From NCBI GenBank assembly GCA_903855705.1, contig CAINZT010000103.1:1105-65104 (forward strand): a stretch of DNA of 64,000 nt, written 5' to 3'. A program made the position numbers and the translations under genes. The stretch's first letter is position 1. Each line of letters begins with the position of its first letter. The notes under the pieces were generated by a model, which made no database searches, was not told the DNA's origin, and was given only the letters and a program-made list of their open reading frames with translations. This DNA is from an uncultured Synechococcus sp. Its GTDB lineage: Bacteria > Cyanobacteriota > Cyanobacteriia > PCC-6307 > Cyanobiaceae. This document shows positions 1-9,263 of the stretch, piece by piece.

Positions 1-1506
1 TCGGCCCCGGTATTTGATACACGCGTCGGCAATTATGCTGGCAAGATTGCCAACCGCTTTGTTCTGCCTACCCTTGCCCTCGCTGGCCTCTCACTAGTCC
101 TTAGTGCCGGCAACATTGCCCAGGCGGCCTCCCTGCTGATGTTTGACCTGGGCACGGGTCTGAGGGTTTCTGTGCCCACAGCAATCATGGCGGCCCTGAC
201 CAAGGCCGGCAGTCAGGGCCTGTTAATCCGCAGTGGTCGGGCCCTAGAACAATTGGCCGATGTTGATGTGGTGGTCTTTGACAAGACCGGCACCCTCACC
301 GAGGGCCATCCCTCGGTTGTTGAAGTTGCCCTCCTAGGCAACGCTGATCTCCACCGATTGATTCAGCTAGCAGCATCGGCCGAACAGGGACTCAATCATC
401 CCGTCGCCGAGGCCGTGATTAACCACGCCACGTCCCTTGGAATTGATACCAGGCCTTGTGAGCGATGGGATTACCGCATCGGCCGGGGGGTGAGCGCCCA
501 GATTGAGGGCCACTCTGTGTTGGTTGGCAATGCAAGGCTGCTGCGCGAAGAGGGTCTTGAACCTGCCAAAGCGACGAATGCGGAGCCACACCTGGCGACG
601 GCGACGCCGGTCTATCTGGCCGTCGATGGCGTGCTTGAAGCAGTGATCTATGCGGCAGATGCGATCCGGCCCGACAGCCGCCAGTTGATTCAGGAATTAC
701 ACCGGAGGGGTATCCAGGCCCACATGCTGACCGGGGATGTGGCCGCTGTGGCCCATGCAGTGGCCGAACGGTTGGGATTGGCGCCTGAAGAAGTTCATGC
801 CGAAGCCTTGCCAGATCAAAAGGCTGAACTGGTCAAACAACTTGCCCAGCAAGGCCACAAGGTTGCCTTTGTTGGCGATGGCATCAACGATTCAGCGGCC
901 CTTGCCTATGCCGATGTCTCGATTTCGTTTGCATCCGGCAGTGATTTAGCCCGGGAAACCGCCGACATCGTGCTGACCAATGACAAGGTTTCGGGCCTAC
1001 TCGTGGCTCAAGATCTCTCGCGGCGCACCTTTGAACTGGTCAAGCAGAACATCGGCATCGTCGGTGTGCCCAACCTCACAGCCCTGGTGATTGGCACCTT
1101 CCTGCCGATCAGTCCTATTTTGGCGGTGCTTCTCAATAATGGCTCCAGCCTGGTTGCTGCGGCTAATGCCATGCGTGTTCTCGGCTTCCGTGCCAAGGAT
1201 TTGCCCCCTGCCAACGAGATAACCGTTCAACCCGTCCAAACAGGTCGTTCAGGGTCTGGCAATGGAAAGGAATCTGTTGAAGCCAGCATCCAACCTGACG
1301 CTAGTTCCCAAGAGTTGTCCAGCCCCAGCAACAGCCTTGAAGTGAGCCTGGTAGAACTCTCAAGCCGCCTGAGCATCAAACATCAAGCGATCACGGCCAG
1401 GCGCCGGCGTGCGGATTTTTCCCATTGGGTGCGCAGCCATGATCCCGAAGGCCACGGCTGGAGCTACTGCAGCCAAAGCAAGATGTATCGCAGCGTTGTG
1501 GCCTAA
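1..1506 (+). CDS. P1B-type (heavy-metal) P-type ATPase, 5'-truncated by window edge
   Basis: Frame 1 is open from nt 1, so the gene starts upstream. It has the DKTGTLT phosphorylation motif (nt 280-300), the HP locus (LNHPVAEA), MLTGD and VGDGINDSAAL, then two C-terminal TM helices followed by a ~105-aa hydrophilic tail. Confidence 0.85.
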   Translation, partial: SAPVFDTRVGNYAGKIANRFVLPTLALAGLSLVLSAGNIAQAASLLMFDLGTGLRVSVPTAIMAALTKAGSQGLLIRSGRALEQLADVDVVVFDKTGTLTEGHPSVVEVALLGNADLHRLIQLAASAEQGLNHPVAEAVINHATSLGIDTRPCERWDYRIGRGVSAQIEGHSVLVGNARLLREEGLEPAKATNAEPHLATATPVYLAVDGVLEAVIYAADAIRPDSRQLIQELHRRGIQAHMLTGDVAAVAHAVAERLGLAPEEVHAEALPDQKAELVKQLAQQGHKVAFVGDGINDSAALAYADVSISFASGSDLARETADIVLTNDKVSGLLVAQDLSRRTFELVKQNIGIVGVPNLTALVIGTFLPISPILAVLLNNGSSLVAAANAMRVLGFRAKDLPPANEITVQPVQTGRSGSGNGKESVEASIQPDASSQELSSPSNSLEVSLVELSSRLSIKHQAITARRRRADFSHWVRSHDPEGHGWSYCSQSKMYRSVVA

Positions 1507-2052
1507 ATGGCTGGGCCCCCTGCCGCCCTCCAGCTGGAGCGCTGTGCCCAGCTGGTCCATTCCATGCCCCTGCGCAAGCGCTATCGGTTGACCTCCACAA
1601 CCACAATTGTGTGGCCCCTACTGGAGAAGCACCTTAAGGAGCACCTGCCTGGCCGAGGCTTGCACTGGCGACTCAATCCATCGGCTCACTCCGTTGTGAT
1701 CTGCAGCCAGCCAGATGGCAGTTCGGCGCCCCTAGACCAGGGATTGCCAATCCTGATTGCCGCCCTGGCCCGCGCCGGTGCACGGCCCCCTGCAGCGGAG
1801 GTGGTGAGGATTTCGCTGGGCAAGACGAGCCAAGCCCTGCGCCCATGGTGCTTGCTGCTCTGGCCCGTCAATCTTGCCAGTCTGGGGCTGAGCCTGTCCT
1901 TTCTTTCCTTGGCAGCCTGCCTGTCCCTGCTAGGAATTGTTGGGCTGATGCTGCCGCTGGCGCCTGGTGCCCAATTGTTAATCCTGGCCAGTCTCATGGT
2001 GGAGCTTGCTTTGCTTCTGCGCAGCCCCTTTCTTGCCCGGCCAGCCGCCTGA
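1507..2052 (+). CDS. small membrane protein with HMA-like N-domain lacking CxxC, and a C-terminal TM hairpin
   Basis: The ATG directly abuts the ATPase TAA (taaATG). The N-terminal ~100 aa (...LPGRGLHWRLNPSAHSVVI...) resembles the PGRIRLR...INPLSGSLSV domain of the next gene. The C-terminus is strongly hydrophobic (LSLSFLSLAACLSLLGIVGLMLPLAPGAQLLILASLMVELALLL). Confidence 0.5.
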   Translation: MAGPPAALQLERCAQLVHSMPLRKRYRLTSTTTIVWPLLEKHLKEHLPGRGLHWRLNPSAHSVVICSQPDGSSAPLDQGLPILIAALARAGARPPAAEVVRISLGKTSQALRPWCLLLWPVNLASLGLSLSFLSLAACLSLLGIVGLMLPLAPGAQLLILASLMVELALLLRSPFLARPAA

Positions 2053-2096
2053 ACAATCCGAGTCAGCTCCTTAGTACCCCTTGTTGAGCAGTCACC

Positions 2097-4253
2097 ATGA
2101 GAGCCATCAGTGGTCAGATCGTGATTCCCAGCGTTTGCAACCTGATCAGTGATCTGCCAGGGCGGATCAGACTGCGCTCTGACCAACTGATTGACTCAGA
2201 GGAGCTGCGGCGGCACTGCCGGCTGACCCTCTATAGCTGCCATTGGCTGGTCTCCTTTCGGATCAATCCACTCAGTGGCTCCCTCAGCGTTCGCTTTCCA
2301 GATGGGCGGCGCCAGGAGCTGGGCTTACTCCTCAAGGATGCCTTCGCACCGCCGGATTTACTGCCTAGCTCGACAATCGCTGAAGGAGATCTCAGCCTAG
2401 GCGGGGGCCTTAAACGGCTGAATACCCGTCAGGCCCTGCGCCATGGAGGTGTAGCGGCCTTGATCGTGGGGGTGGACCTGATCTTTCCAATTCCGGCACT
2501 TCTGTTGTCTGGTGCAACCGCCCTAATGCTCTTTCCGCTGATGGGAAGTGTGATCAAACATATTCGCAGCCACCACGAATTACCGGTAGATAGCCTTGAT
2601 CTTGGTTTTTCAACCGTGTTGATCAGCCAGGGCCTGGCCGGTGAAGCCCTGATTGACCTGGCTATCGGCGATGCCAGCACGGCTTTGCAAAGTGCCTTCC
2701 TGCAGGGGGGGCTCGATCCGTTGGCCAGGGGCCTGGTGGATCGACTGGGTCATGCCATCACCGTGACCATCACCGCTCCCTGGGCGGGTGAAAAACAACT
2801 GCTTGAGATCAAGGTGGGGGATCGCTACAGAGGGGAACCCCAGAGTTTGATTTACCTCAAAAGCCGGATCCACTCCGGAGAACTCACTGTCTTCAATCGG
2901 CTTGTGGATGGCGAATGGGCACCCCGGTTGCTGAAGGCCGGCGACTCCTTACAACCGGGCTCCTTTGTGATCCAGGGTCAGGCTGAGCTGGTCGTGGAGC
3001 AAACCATGCTCAACCATGCGATCTATACCCAATCCCACAGGCCCTCCGGCGCCCGCTTGCAACAGACCCGTGTGCAACAGGGCCTGAACCTTTACAAGCA
3101 ACTGGTGGCTCCTGCCCTGCTGGCCTGCGGTACCTTCTGGTATTTCAGCGGAGCGATTCAACGGTCTTTAAGCGCCTTCCAATTCAATCCCCTTAACGAC
3201 TGGCAAACCAGCAATCTTGCATCCCGCCTGACGGCCATGGCCGAACTGCGGTTGCACAGTCTGCAGATCCGCGACCCTGATTCCCTCACGATCCTCGGCA
3301 AGATCAGCCATATCGTGATCAGCCGCAGTTGCCTTGACCAAATAGGTGGCATCATGCCGATTGAACACCTTCAACCGGGCAGCGCCCTTCCTGACCATAC
3401 CTTGCTCAGCCTTTTAGCCGGAATGCAGCGATATCTGGTGACCAATGACAGCATTCCGATCTGGTCCACCCAGCTGAGCCTGGGCGAAGATCCCCTGGCT
3501 GTGAAACAACTCGACCTCGATAATGGAGCAGGGGGCTGGCGGGTGCAACTAGACGATGGCAGGGTGTTTGATGTCGCCCAGCAAGCTAATCCTCCCGCTT
3601 CAATCCCGCGCACCCATCTCAATCCACTGGAAATCCGCCTAGACGACCAGGTGATCGGCTACGTGGAACTGCGCACATCTCCCGATCCCAGCTGGATTGA
3701 GCTCAGCAAAGCCCTTAGCGAGCTGGGCGTGGTGATCCACATCGTTGGCTCCGATAGGCGCGAGCGCATCGCCCAGATGGTGGAGCCCTTGGCGCTCCCC
3801 AATCCTGAAACCATCCACGGAGAGTGCTCGTGGTCAGAGCGGCTGGATTTAGTGAAACAGCTACAAGCAGATGGTTCCGGTGTGGCCTATGTGGGCTATG
3901 TGATGAATGACATGCCAGCCGCATTCCAGGCCGATGTTTCGATCAGTATTGACGTGGATGATGACAGTGCCTTCACCGAGGGGATCTGCGATGTAGTGAT
4001 TGATGAAGATGCGGCCTGGATTGCCCGTCTGATTGACATGAGTCGCCGACTAGAAGCAACCGCAAACAGTAACTTTGGCCTAATTGGAATCACCCACCTG
4101 CTTTCCGCTGCTGCCACGGCTACAGCCTTGATCAATCCCCTGCAAACGGTTCTGCTAGCCGATCTACCGCTCGTGCTCGCCGAATTGCGCAATCTAGCCG
4201 TGATGAGCAACCTGAAGGGCCGTAAACGCTTCAACAGCCCATCAGCCGCCTAG
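2097..4253 (+). CDS. P-type ATPase-like protein with degenerate catalytic motifs (probable pseudo-enzyme)
   Basis: 718 aa and colinear with P1B ATPases: an HMA-like N-domain (LPGRIRLRS...), TM segments, SGEL in place of TGES, HIVISRSCLD in place of FDKTGTLT (Ser codon 3321-3323 at the Asp position), VGSD in place of TGD, and VGYVMNDM in place of GDGINDA. Confidence 0.75.
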   Translation: MRAISGQIVIPSVCNLISDLPGRIRLRSDQLIDSEELRRHCRLTLYSCHWLVSFRINPLSGSLSVRFPDGRRQELGLLLKDAFAPPDLLPSSTIAEGDLSLGGGLKRLNTRQALRHGGVAALIVGVDLIFPIPALLLSGATALMLFPLMGSVIKHIRSHHELPVDSLDLGFSTVLISQGLAGEALIDLAIGDASTALQSAFLQGGLDPLARGLVDRLGHAITVTITAPWAGEKQLLEIKVGDRYRGEPQSLIYLKSRIHSGELTVFNRLVDGEWAPRLLKAGDSLQPGSFVIQGQAELVVEQTMLNHAIYTQSHRPSGARLQQTRVQQGLNLYKQLVAPALLACGTFWYFSGAIQRSLSAFQFNPLNDWQTSNLASRLTAMAELRLHSLQIRDPDSLTILGKISHIVISRSCLDQIGGIMPIEHLQPGSALPDHTLLSLLAGMQRYLVTNDSIPIWSTQLSLGEDPLAVKQLDLDNGAGGWRVQLDDGRVFDVAQQANPPASIPRTHLNPLEIRLDDQVIGYVELRTSPDPSWIELSKALSELGVVIHIVGSDRRERIAQMVEPLALPNPETIHGECSWSERLDLVKQLQADGSGVAYVGYVMNDMPAAFQADVSISIDVDDDSAFTEGICDVVIDEDAAWIARLIDMSRRLEATANSNFGLIGITHLLSAAATATALINPLQTVLLADLPLVLAELRNLAVMSNLKGRKRFNSPSAA

Positions 4254-4353
4254 AAAAGGCCCACCTGGCTCGACTCAAACTCCAGATCAGACAAGCTGAA
4301 TCACCCGTAAAAAACAGCAACCATCTGGCCAAGACTTAGTAGCAAAGTCGCCA

Positions 4354-7300
4354 TTATTTGGCTTCCATCCAGTTTGGGCCCACCCCCGTTTCCACCAGCA
4401 GTGGGACGGACAGCTGCACCGCCGTTTCCATGGTGCGTCGGGTGATAGCCAGAACCGATTCCAGCGCGTCCGGGGCCGCCTCTAGCACAAGTTCATCGTG
4501 CACCTGCAGGAGCAACCTGGCGGGCAAGCCTGCGGCGGCCAGTTCCCGGTGCAGCTGGACCATCGCCAGTTTGATGATGTCGGCGCTGGATCCCTGAATC
4601 GGCGCATTGGCGGCTGCCCTCAGTTGCTGGGCCTCCATGCCGGCGCGGCGGGCCACCTCCAGATCAATCTCGAGGGGGTCCTTGCCCAGGAGTCGGCCCA
4701 GGCCATTGGGATCAAAGGCAAAGGGTCGGCGCCGGCCCAGGATTGTTTCCACGTAGCCGCGGCTGAGGGCGAGACGCTCCTGCAGTTCCAAGAACGAGAA
4801 CACCCTGGGATAGCGCTGTTTGTATTTGGTGAGGAACTCCTTGGCCTTGGCCTGGCTGACGCCGGTTTCGCGGGCAAAGCGTTGGGCGCCCATGCCGTAG
4901 ATCACACCAAAATTGATCGTTTTGCCAAGCCGGCGCTCATCGGCGCTCACCTCGTCTTTGTCAAGCAGCAACCGGGCCGTGAGGGCGTGCACGTCGTCGC
5001 CGCCTTGGTAGGCCTCCACCAGCACCGGTTCGCCCGAGAGGTGGGTGAGGATGCGCAGCTCGATCTGGCTGTAATCGGCACTGATCAGCTGCCACCCCTC
5101 CTGGGGCAGGAAAGCCTTACGAATCCGCCGGGAGAATTCCGTGCGGATGGGGATGTTCTGCAGGTTGGGATTGCTGCTCGACAGGCGCCCGGTGGCGGTC
5201 ACCGCCTGGTTGAAATCGGTGTGGACCCGGCCCGTTTCTGGCTCCATCAGGGCCGGCAAGGCATCCACGTAGGTGCTTTTGAGCTTGCTCAAGGTGCGAT
5301 GTTCCAGCACCAGGGGCACCACCGGATGGGCGTCCTCGAGTTTTTCCAGCACGGCCGCATCGGTGCTCCAGCCGGTCTTGGTTTTGCGCGATTTCTTGCG
5401 ATCCAGGCCCAGCTTGTCAAAGAGCAACTCACCGAGCTGCTTGGGTGAGGCCAAGTTGAAATCCAAGCCAGCGGCGGCGCGGGCTTCCAGCTCCAGCCGG
5501 GCCAAGGTGGTGGCCAGCTCGACGGAGAGCTCCGCCAGGTAGGCGGTATCAATGCGAATGCCGGTGGCCTCCATCAGGGCGAGCACGGGCTCTAGGGGCA
5601 GCTCCACCCCATCCAGCAGGGCGGCAAGGGCCGGGCCCAGGTCAGCGAGTTGCTGGCGAAGCTGACCCGTCAGCCGCCAAGTGAGGTGCACGTCCATGCC
5701 GCAATAGAGGGCGGCCGCCTCAATCGGCACCGAGGCAAAGGTCGCCCCCTTCGGCACCAGCTCAGCGAAACCGGTGGGACTGAAGCCGAAGTTGCGCTCG
5801 GCCAGGGCGTCGAGGCCATGTTTGGCATTGGCATCGCGCAGGTAGTCCGCCAGCAGGGTGTCCATCACCACGCCGCCCAGGGGCAGGCCGTGGCGCATCA
5901 GCACCAACCGGTCGTATTTGGCGTTTTGGAGGGTTTTGGGGTGGTCGGCGCTGGCCAGCCAGGGGGCGAGGGCCGCCAACACATGCTCCAGGGGCAGCTG
6001 GGGCGGGGCCGGTGGCGCCGCGCTGAGCAGGTCGGCGGCGGCGGGGGGATGGTGGCCAATCGGGATGTAGGCCAGATCGGCCAGACCCTCGCCCCAACAG
6101 AGGCCGATCCCGACCAGCTCCGCCTGGAAGGGATTGAGGGCTGTGGTTTCGGTATCCAGGGCAATGGGGCTGGCTGGATCGGTCGTCGCCCACAGTCGCT
6201 CCACCAGGGCTTGTAACTCGCCCTCGCAGCCGATCAGTTGGGGAGCCAGGGGGGGCAGCTGGCCCGGCTCGTTGTTGGGCTGGGCCTGGCCCTGGACCTG
6301 CTTCCCTAAGGACTTGGTGCCAGGGCCGGGCGGTTCAGCCTGCTTGGGAGCAGGCCCTGCCGGGGGAGCATCCACGCTTGCTTCAGGCGGCGGCTCTGCC
6401 GAGAAAATCCGCGCGAAGTTGCCCACCTGTTTCACCAGGCTGAACAACTCCAGGCCCTCCAAACTCTCCGCCAGGCTGGTGGCATTCACCGCCCCCAGGG
6501 CCAGCCGTGGCTCGCTCGGCAGGGGGATGTCGACCAGGATCTCGGCCAACATGCGCGAGCGGTAGGCGTTGTCGCGATCGGCGCTGAGTTTGGCCTTCAG
6601 GGCCCCCTTCAAGGCGCCTTTGCTGTCCTTGTCGCCCAGGCCATCGAGGGCGGCATAGACGCCATCGAGGTCGCCGTTCTCCTTCAGCAGGCTGATCGCC
6701 GTTTTTGGACCCACCCCCTTCACCCCAGGGATGTTGTCGGAGCTGTCGCCGGTGAGGGCCTTGAGATCCACCACCTCCTCGGGGGGCACGCCCAACTTGG
6801 CAATCACCCCCTCGCGCTTGATTTCCAACGGCCCACTGCTTTTGGCGTAGGGCCCACCGCCCATATACAAAACCGAGATGTCACGGCCGTCATCCACCAG
6901 CTGGAACAGGTCCCGGTCGCCCGAGAGGATCCGCACCCGCCAGCCTTCGTCCGCAGCCCGGTTGGCCAGGGTGCCGAGCACGTCGTCGGCCTCGAAGCCG
7001 GGGGCCATGCAGAGGGGCAGATCAAGGGCGGTTTCGAGGATCTGCTGCAGGTTTGCCAGGTCGGCGAAGAAGTGCTCTGGCGCCTGATCGCGGTGGGCCT
7101 TGTAGGCGCTATCGGCCTCATGGCGGAAGGTGGGATGGGCCGTGTCGAAGGCGATCACAACCCCCTGGGGGGCCAGGCCCTTGCAGTTGTCGAGCAGGGC
7201 TTTGAGGAAGCCGTAGGTCACCGAAGTGGGCACACCCTCCTTGGTGCTCAGGCCCCCCTCGCCTCCCTTGGAAAAGGCATAGAAGCTGCGAAAAGCCAGG

Positions 7301-7479
7301 CTGTGGCCATCGACCAACAGCAACAGGGGGGCTGGGGCAGCAGGGCTGCGAGTACCGGGCTCTCCAGCTGCTGAACCCGCCGCGCCTGTGGGTAGGACCG
7401 TCGCCGTGGAAAGCCGTCTTTCCGCACTGGCTTCGCCAGCCCCTCCACCCCTATTCGGATCCAAGCCCACTGCTCCCAT
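4354..7479 (-). CDS. polA: DNA polymerase I
   Basis: 5'-nuclease N-domain (LLLVDGHSLAFRSFYAF), 3'-5' exo block (IALDTETTAL), and pol motifs (ISADYSQIELRIL, RRLGKTINFGVIYG, QVHDELVLE). The start is uncertain. The ORF is open to 7593, ATG 7479 is given here, and TTG codons just before LLLVDG are also possible. Confidence 0.9.
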   Translation of the reverse strand: MGAVGLDPNRGGGAGEASAERRLSTATVLPTGAAGSAAGEPGTRSPAAPAPLLLLVDGHSLAFRSFYAFSKGGEGGLSTKEGVPTSVTYGFLKALLDNCKGLAPQGVVIAFDTAHPTFRHEADSAYKAHRDQAPEHFFADLANLQQILETALDLPLCMAPGFEADDVLGTLANRAADEGWRVRILSGDRDLFQLVDDGRDISVLYMGGGPYAKSSGPLEIKREGVIAKLGVPPEEVVDLKALTGDSSDNIPGVKGVGPKTAISLLKENGDLDGVYAALDGLGDKDSKGALKGALKAKLSADRDNAYRSRMLAEILVDIPLPSEPRLALGAVNATSLAESLEGLELFSLVKQVGNFARIFSAEPPPEASVDAPPAGPAPKQAEPPGPGTKSLGKQVQGQAQPNNEPGQLPPLAPQLIGCEGELQALVERLWATTDPASPIALDTETTALNPFQAELVGIGLCWGEGLADLAYIPIGHHPPAAADLLSAAPPAPPQLPLEHVLAALAPWLASADHPKTLQNAKYDRLVLMRHGLPLGGVVMDTLLADYLRDANAKHGLDALAERNFGFSPTGFAELVPKGATFASVPIEAAALYCGMDVHLTWRLTGQLRQQLADLGPALAALLDGVELPLEPVLALMEATGIRIDTAYLAELSVELATTLARLELEARAAAGLDFNLASPKQLGELLFDKLGLDRKKSRKTKTGWSTDAAVLEKLEDAHPVVPLVLEHRTLSKLKSTYVDALPALMEPETGRVHTDFNQAVTATGRLSSSNPNLQNIPIRTEFSRRIRKAFLPQEGWQLISADYSQIELRILTHLSGEPVLVEAYQGGDDVHALTARLLLDKDEVSADERRLGKTINFGVIYGMGAQRFARETGVSQAKAKEFLTKYKQRYPRVFSFLELQERLALSRGYVETILGRRRPFAFDPNGLGRLLGKDPLEIDLEVARRAGMEAQQLRAAANAPIQGSSADIIKLAMVQLHRELAAAGLPARLLLQVHDELVLEAAPDALESVLAITRRTMETAVQLSVPLLVETGVGPNWMEAK

Positions 7480-7660
7480 GGTCCGCCGGAACCGCCTCAG
7501 ACTGGCAGAGGGTCCCTCCCGATTGGGCGGCCCGCCTAGGTGCCATGACCCAGGCCCCTGCCGGATGGACCCGATGGGGCTCGGCCCCTCCATGCCAGCA
7601 GAGCAAAACTGAATCGCCAGTGCCCCTGGGGCTACGGCATCCTGGATTAGAGATCCTTCA

Positions 7661-7918
7661 ATGGCGTCTACAGCAATGGCCCGTACGCCCAGCCACTACG
7701 CCATTCATCTGCTCTTGGCCGGTGGTCACAAGCAGGTGGTTCAATTCGCTGACCTAGCCGCTTTTCAACAGTGGTACGGCAACGTGTTGAACGCTGGTCC
7801 GGCCGAGGCCTTCGTGAACGTGCCGATTACCGATCTGCAGGGGGAATACCTGGTGGTCCGTCCCAGTGGCGTGGTCGGGATCCGGGTGGAACCCCAATTC
7901 ACCTCCTTCGCCGAATGA
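7661..7918 (+). CDS. hypothetical small protein (85 aa)
   Basis: Intact ATG ORF in an otherwise gene-free slot between polA and the antiporter, with protein-like composition. No motif recognised. Confidence 0.4.
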   Translation: MASTAMARTPSHYAIHLLLAGGHKQVVQFADLAAFQQWYGNVLNAGPAEAFVNVPITDLQGEYLVVRPSGVVGIRVEPQFTSFAE

Positions 7919-7937
7919 TGTCCATGGAGCACGCCGT

Positions 7938-9251
7938 TTGAATCGCCTTGAGCTGCTCTGGAGCGAGTCCTTCTTTGCCGGCTCCCTGGCCCAGTTGATC
8001 GCCAGGCTTACGGGCCTGCCGGCGGTGGTTCTGTTGCTCGGGGTTGGCCTGATTATTGGCCGGGCCGGATTCAACTTGGTCGAGCCCGAAACCCTCGGCC
8101 GGGGCCTGGAACCCCTGGTGGGCCTGCTGGTGAGCCTGGTGCTCTTCGATGGCGGCCTCAACCTGCGCCTGGCCGGCCGGGACCTCCAACGCACCGTCGT
8201 GCAACTTGTGGTGGTGCGGGGGGTGCTGGGCCTGCTTGGAGGCGCCCTGCTAGCCCACCAGCTGGCCGGGCTGGCCTGGCCCCTGGCCTGGGTGTTTGCG
8301 GCCATTTCCCTGGCCACCGGGCCCACGGTGGTGACGCCGATGGTGCAGCAGATGCGCCTGGTTCCCGGCCTGGGCCAGATTCTCCAAGCCGAGGGGTTGA
8401 TCCTCGAGCCGATCGGCGCCGTGCTGGCCCTGCTGCTGCTGCAGCTGGCCCTGGGCGATCTGGCGGGCTGGGCCGATGTGGTGTCCCTGCTCGGATTAAG
8501 GGTGGGCGGCGGAGTCGCGATTGGCGCCGCAGGCGGCTTGCTGCTCAGCCTGGTGCTGGAACACCTGCCCAGGGGCTCGGGCACAGAGCAGGAGGACCCC
8601 TTACCCCTGCAACTGATCCTTGGCGCCCTGTTCCTGCTGGTGAGCGGCACCGAATGGCTGCTGCCGGAAGCCGGGTTTCCTGCTGCCGTAGCGGCGGGCG
8701 TTGTGGTGGGCCTGCGGCTCGATAAGGAGGCCAGCCAGCTAGATGAACTGATCGCCCAACTGGCCCAGCTGGCGATCACCGTGCTGTTCCCGCTGCTGGC
8801 AGCCGACCTGTCCTGGGGGGAACTCAGCCCCCTGGGCCTAGGCGGGGTGGGCTGTGTGCTGGCCCTGATGCTCTACCGCTGGATCGTGATCCAGCTGGGT
8901 TCCATCGGCCTGCCGAGCCTGGGTTGGAGCGAGAAGCTGATTCTCAGCTGGATCGCGCCGCGGGGCATCGTGACCGCGGCTGTGGCCAGCCTGTTTGCCC
9001 TGCAACTCGAGGCCGCCGGGGTACCTGGAGCCTCGGACCTCAAGGGCCTGGTGTTCCTGATGATCCTGCTCACCGTGGGCCTGCAGGGCTTCACGGCCCC
9101 CAGCTTGGCCCGCCGCCTGGGCCTGGTGCTGGAGCCAGAACCGACGGCGATCGATCCCCTGGCCGGACACCCGAAGGCGGGAGATCCGTTGGAAGCCGAT
9201 GCCGCCAAGGGCCCATCCCCCCAGGTCGAATCCCCCGGAGCAGGGCCTTAG
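7938..9251 (+). CDS. Na+/H+ (cation/proton) antiporter, CPA1/NhaP-like
   Basis: Polytopic membrane protein with typical exchanger segments (LLLGVGLIIGRAG..., ATGPTVVTP, WIAPRGIVTAAVASLF). The ORF is open from 7866 but that would overlap the previous ORF, so the in-frame TTG at 7938 is proposed. Confidence 0.75.
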   Translation: MNRLELLWSESFFAGSLAQLIARLTGLPAVVLLLGVGLIIGRAGFNLVEPETLGRGLEPLVGLLVSLVLFDGGLNLRLAGRDLQRTVVQLVVVRGVLGLLGGALLAHQLAGLAWPLAWVFAAISLATGPTVVTPMVQQMRLVPGLGQILQAEGLILEPIGAVLALLLLQLALGDLAGWADVVSLLGLRVGGGVAIGAAGGLLLSLVLEHLPRGSGTEQEDPLPLQLILGALFLLVSGTEWLLPEAGFPAAVAAGVVVGLRLDKEASQLDELIAQLAQLAITVLFPLLAADLSWGELSPLGLGGVGCVLALMLYRWIVIQLGSIGLPSLGWSEKLILSWIAPRGIVTAAVASLFALQLEAAGVPGASDLKGLVFLMILLTVGLQGFTAPSLARRLGLVLEPEPTAIDPLAGHPKAGDPLEADAAKGPSPQVESPGAGP

Positions 9252-9263
9252 GCCCCTAGCGAA

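Noticed and set aside
4498-5448. 316-aa plus-strand ORF (and several others at 5650-6565 and 6878-7374) overlapping polA
   Set aside because: It is antisense to a gene with unmistakable PolI motifs. Its translation is Gly/Ala/Arg/His-rich with no motifs, which is typical of stop-poor antisense frames in high-GC DNA.
7754-8779. 341-aa minus-strand ORF antisense to the Na+/H+ antiporter
   Set aside because: It has Ser/Arg/Pro-rich low-complexity translation, and the sense strand encodes a coherent polytopic transporter.
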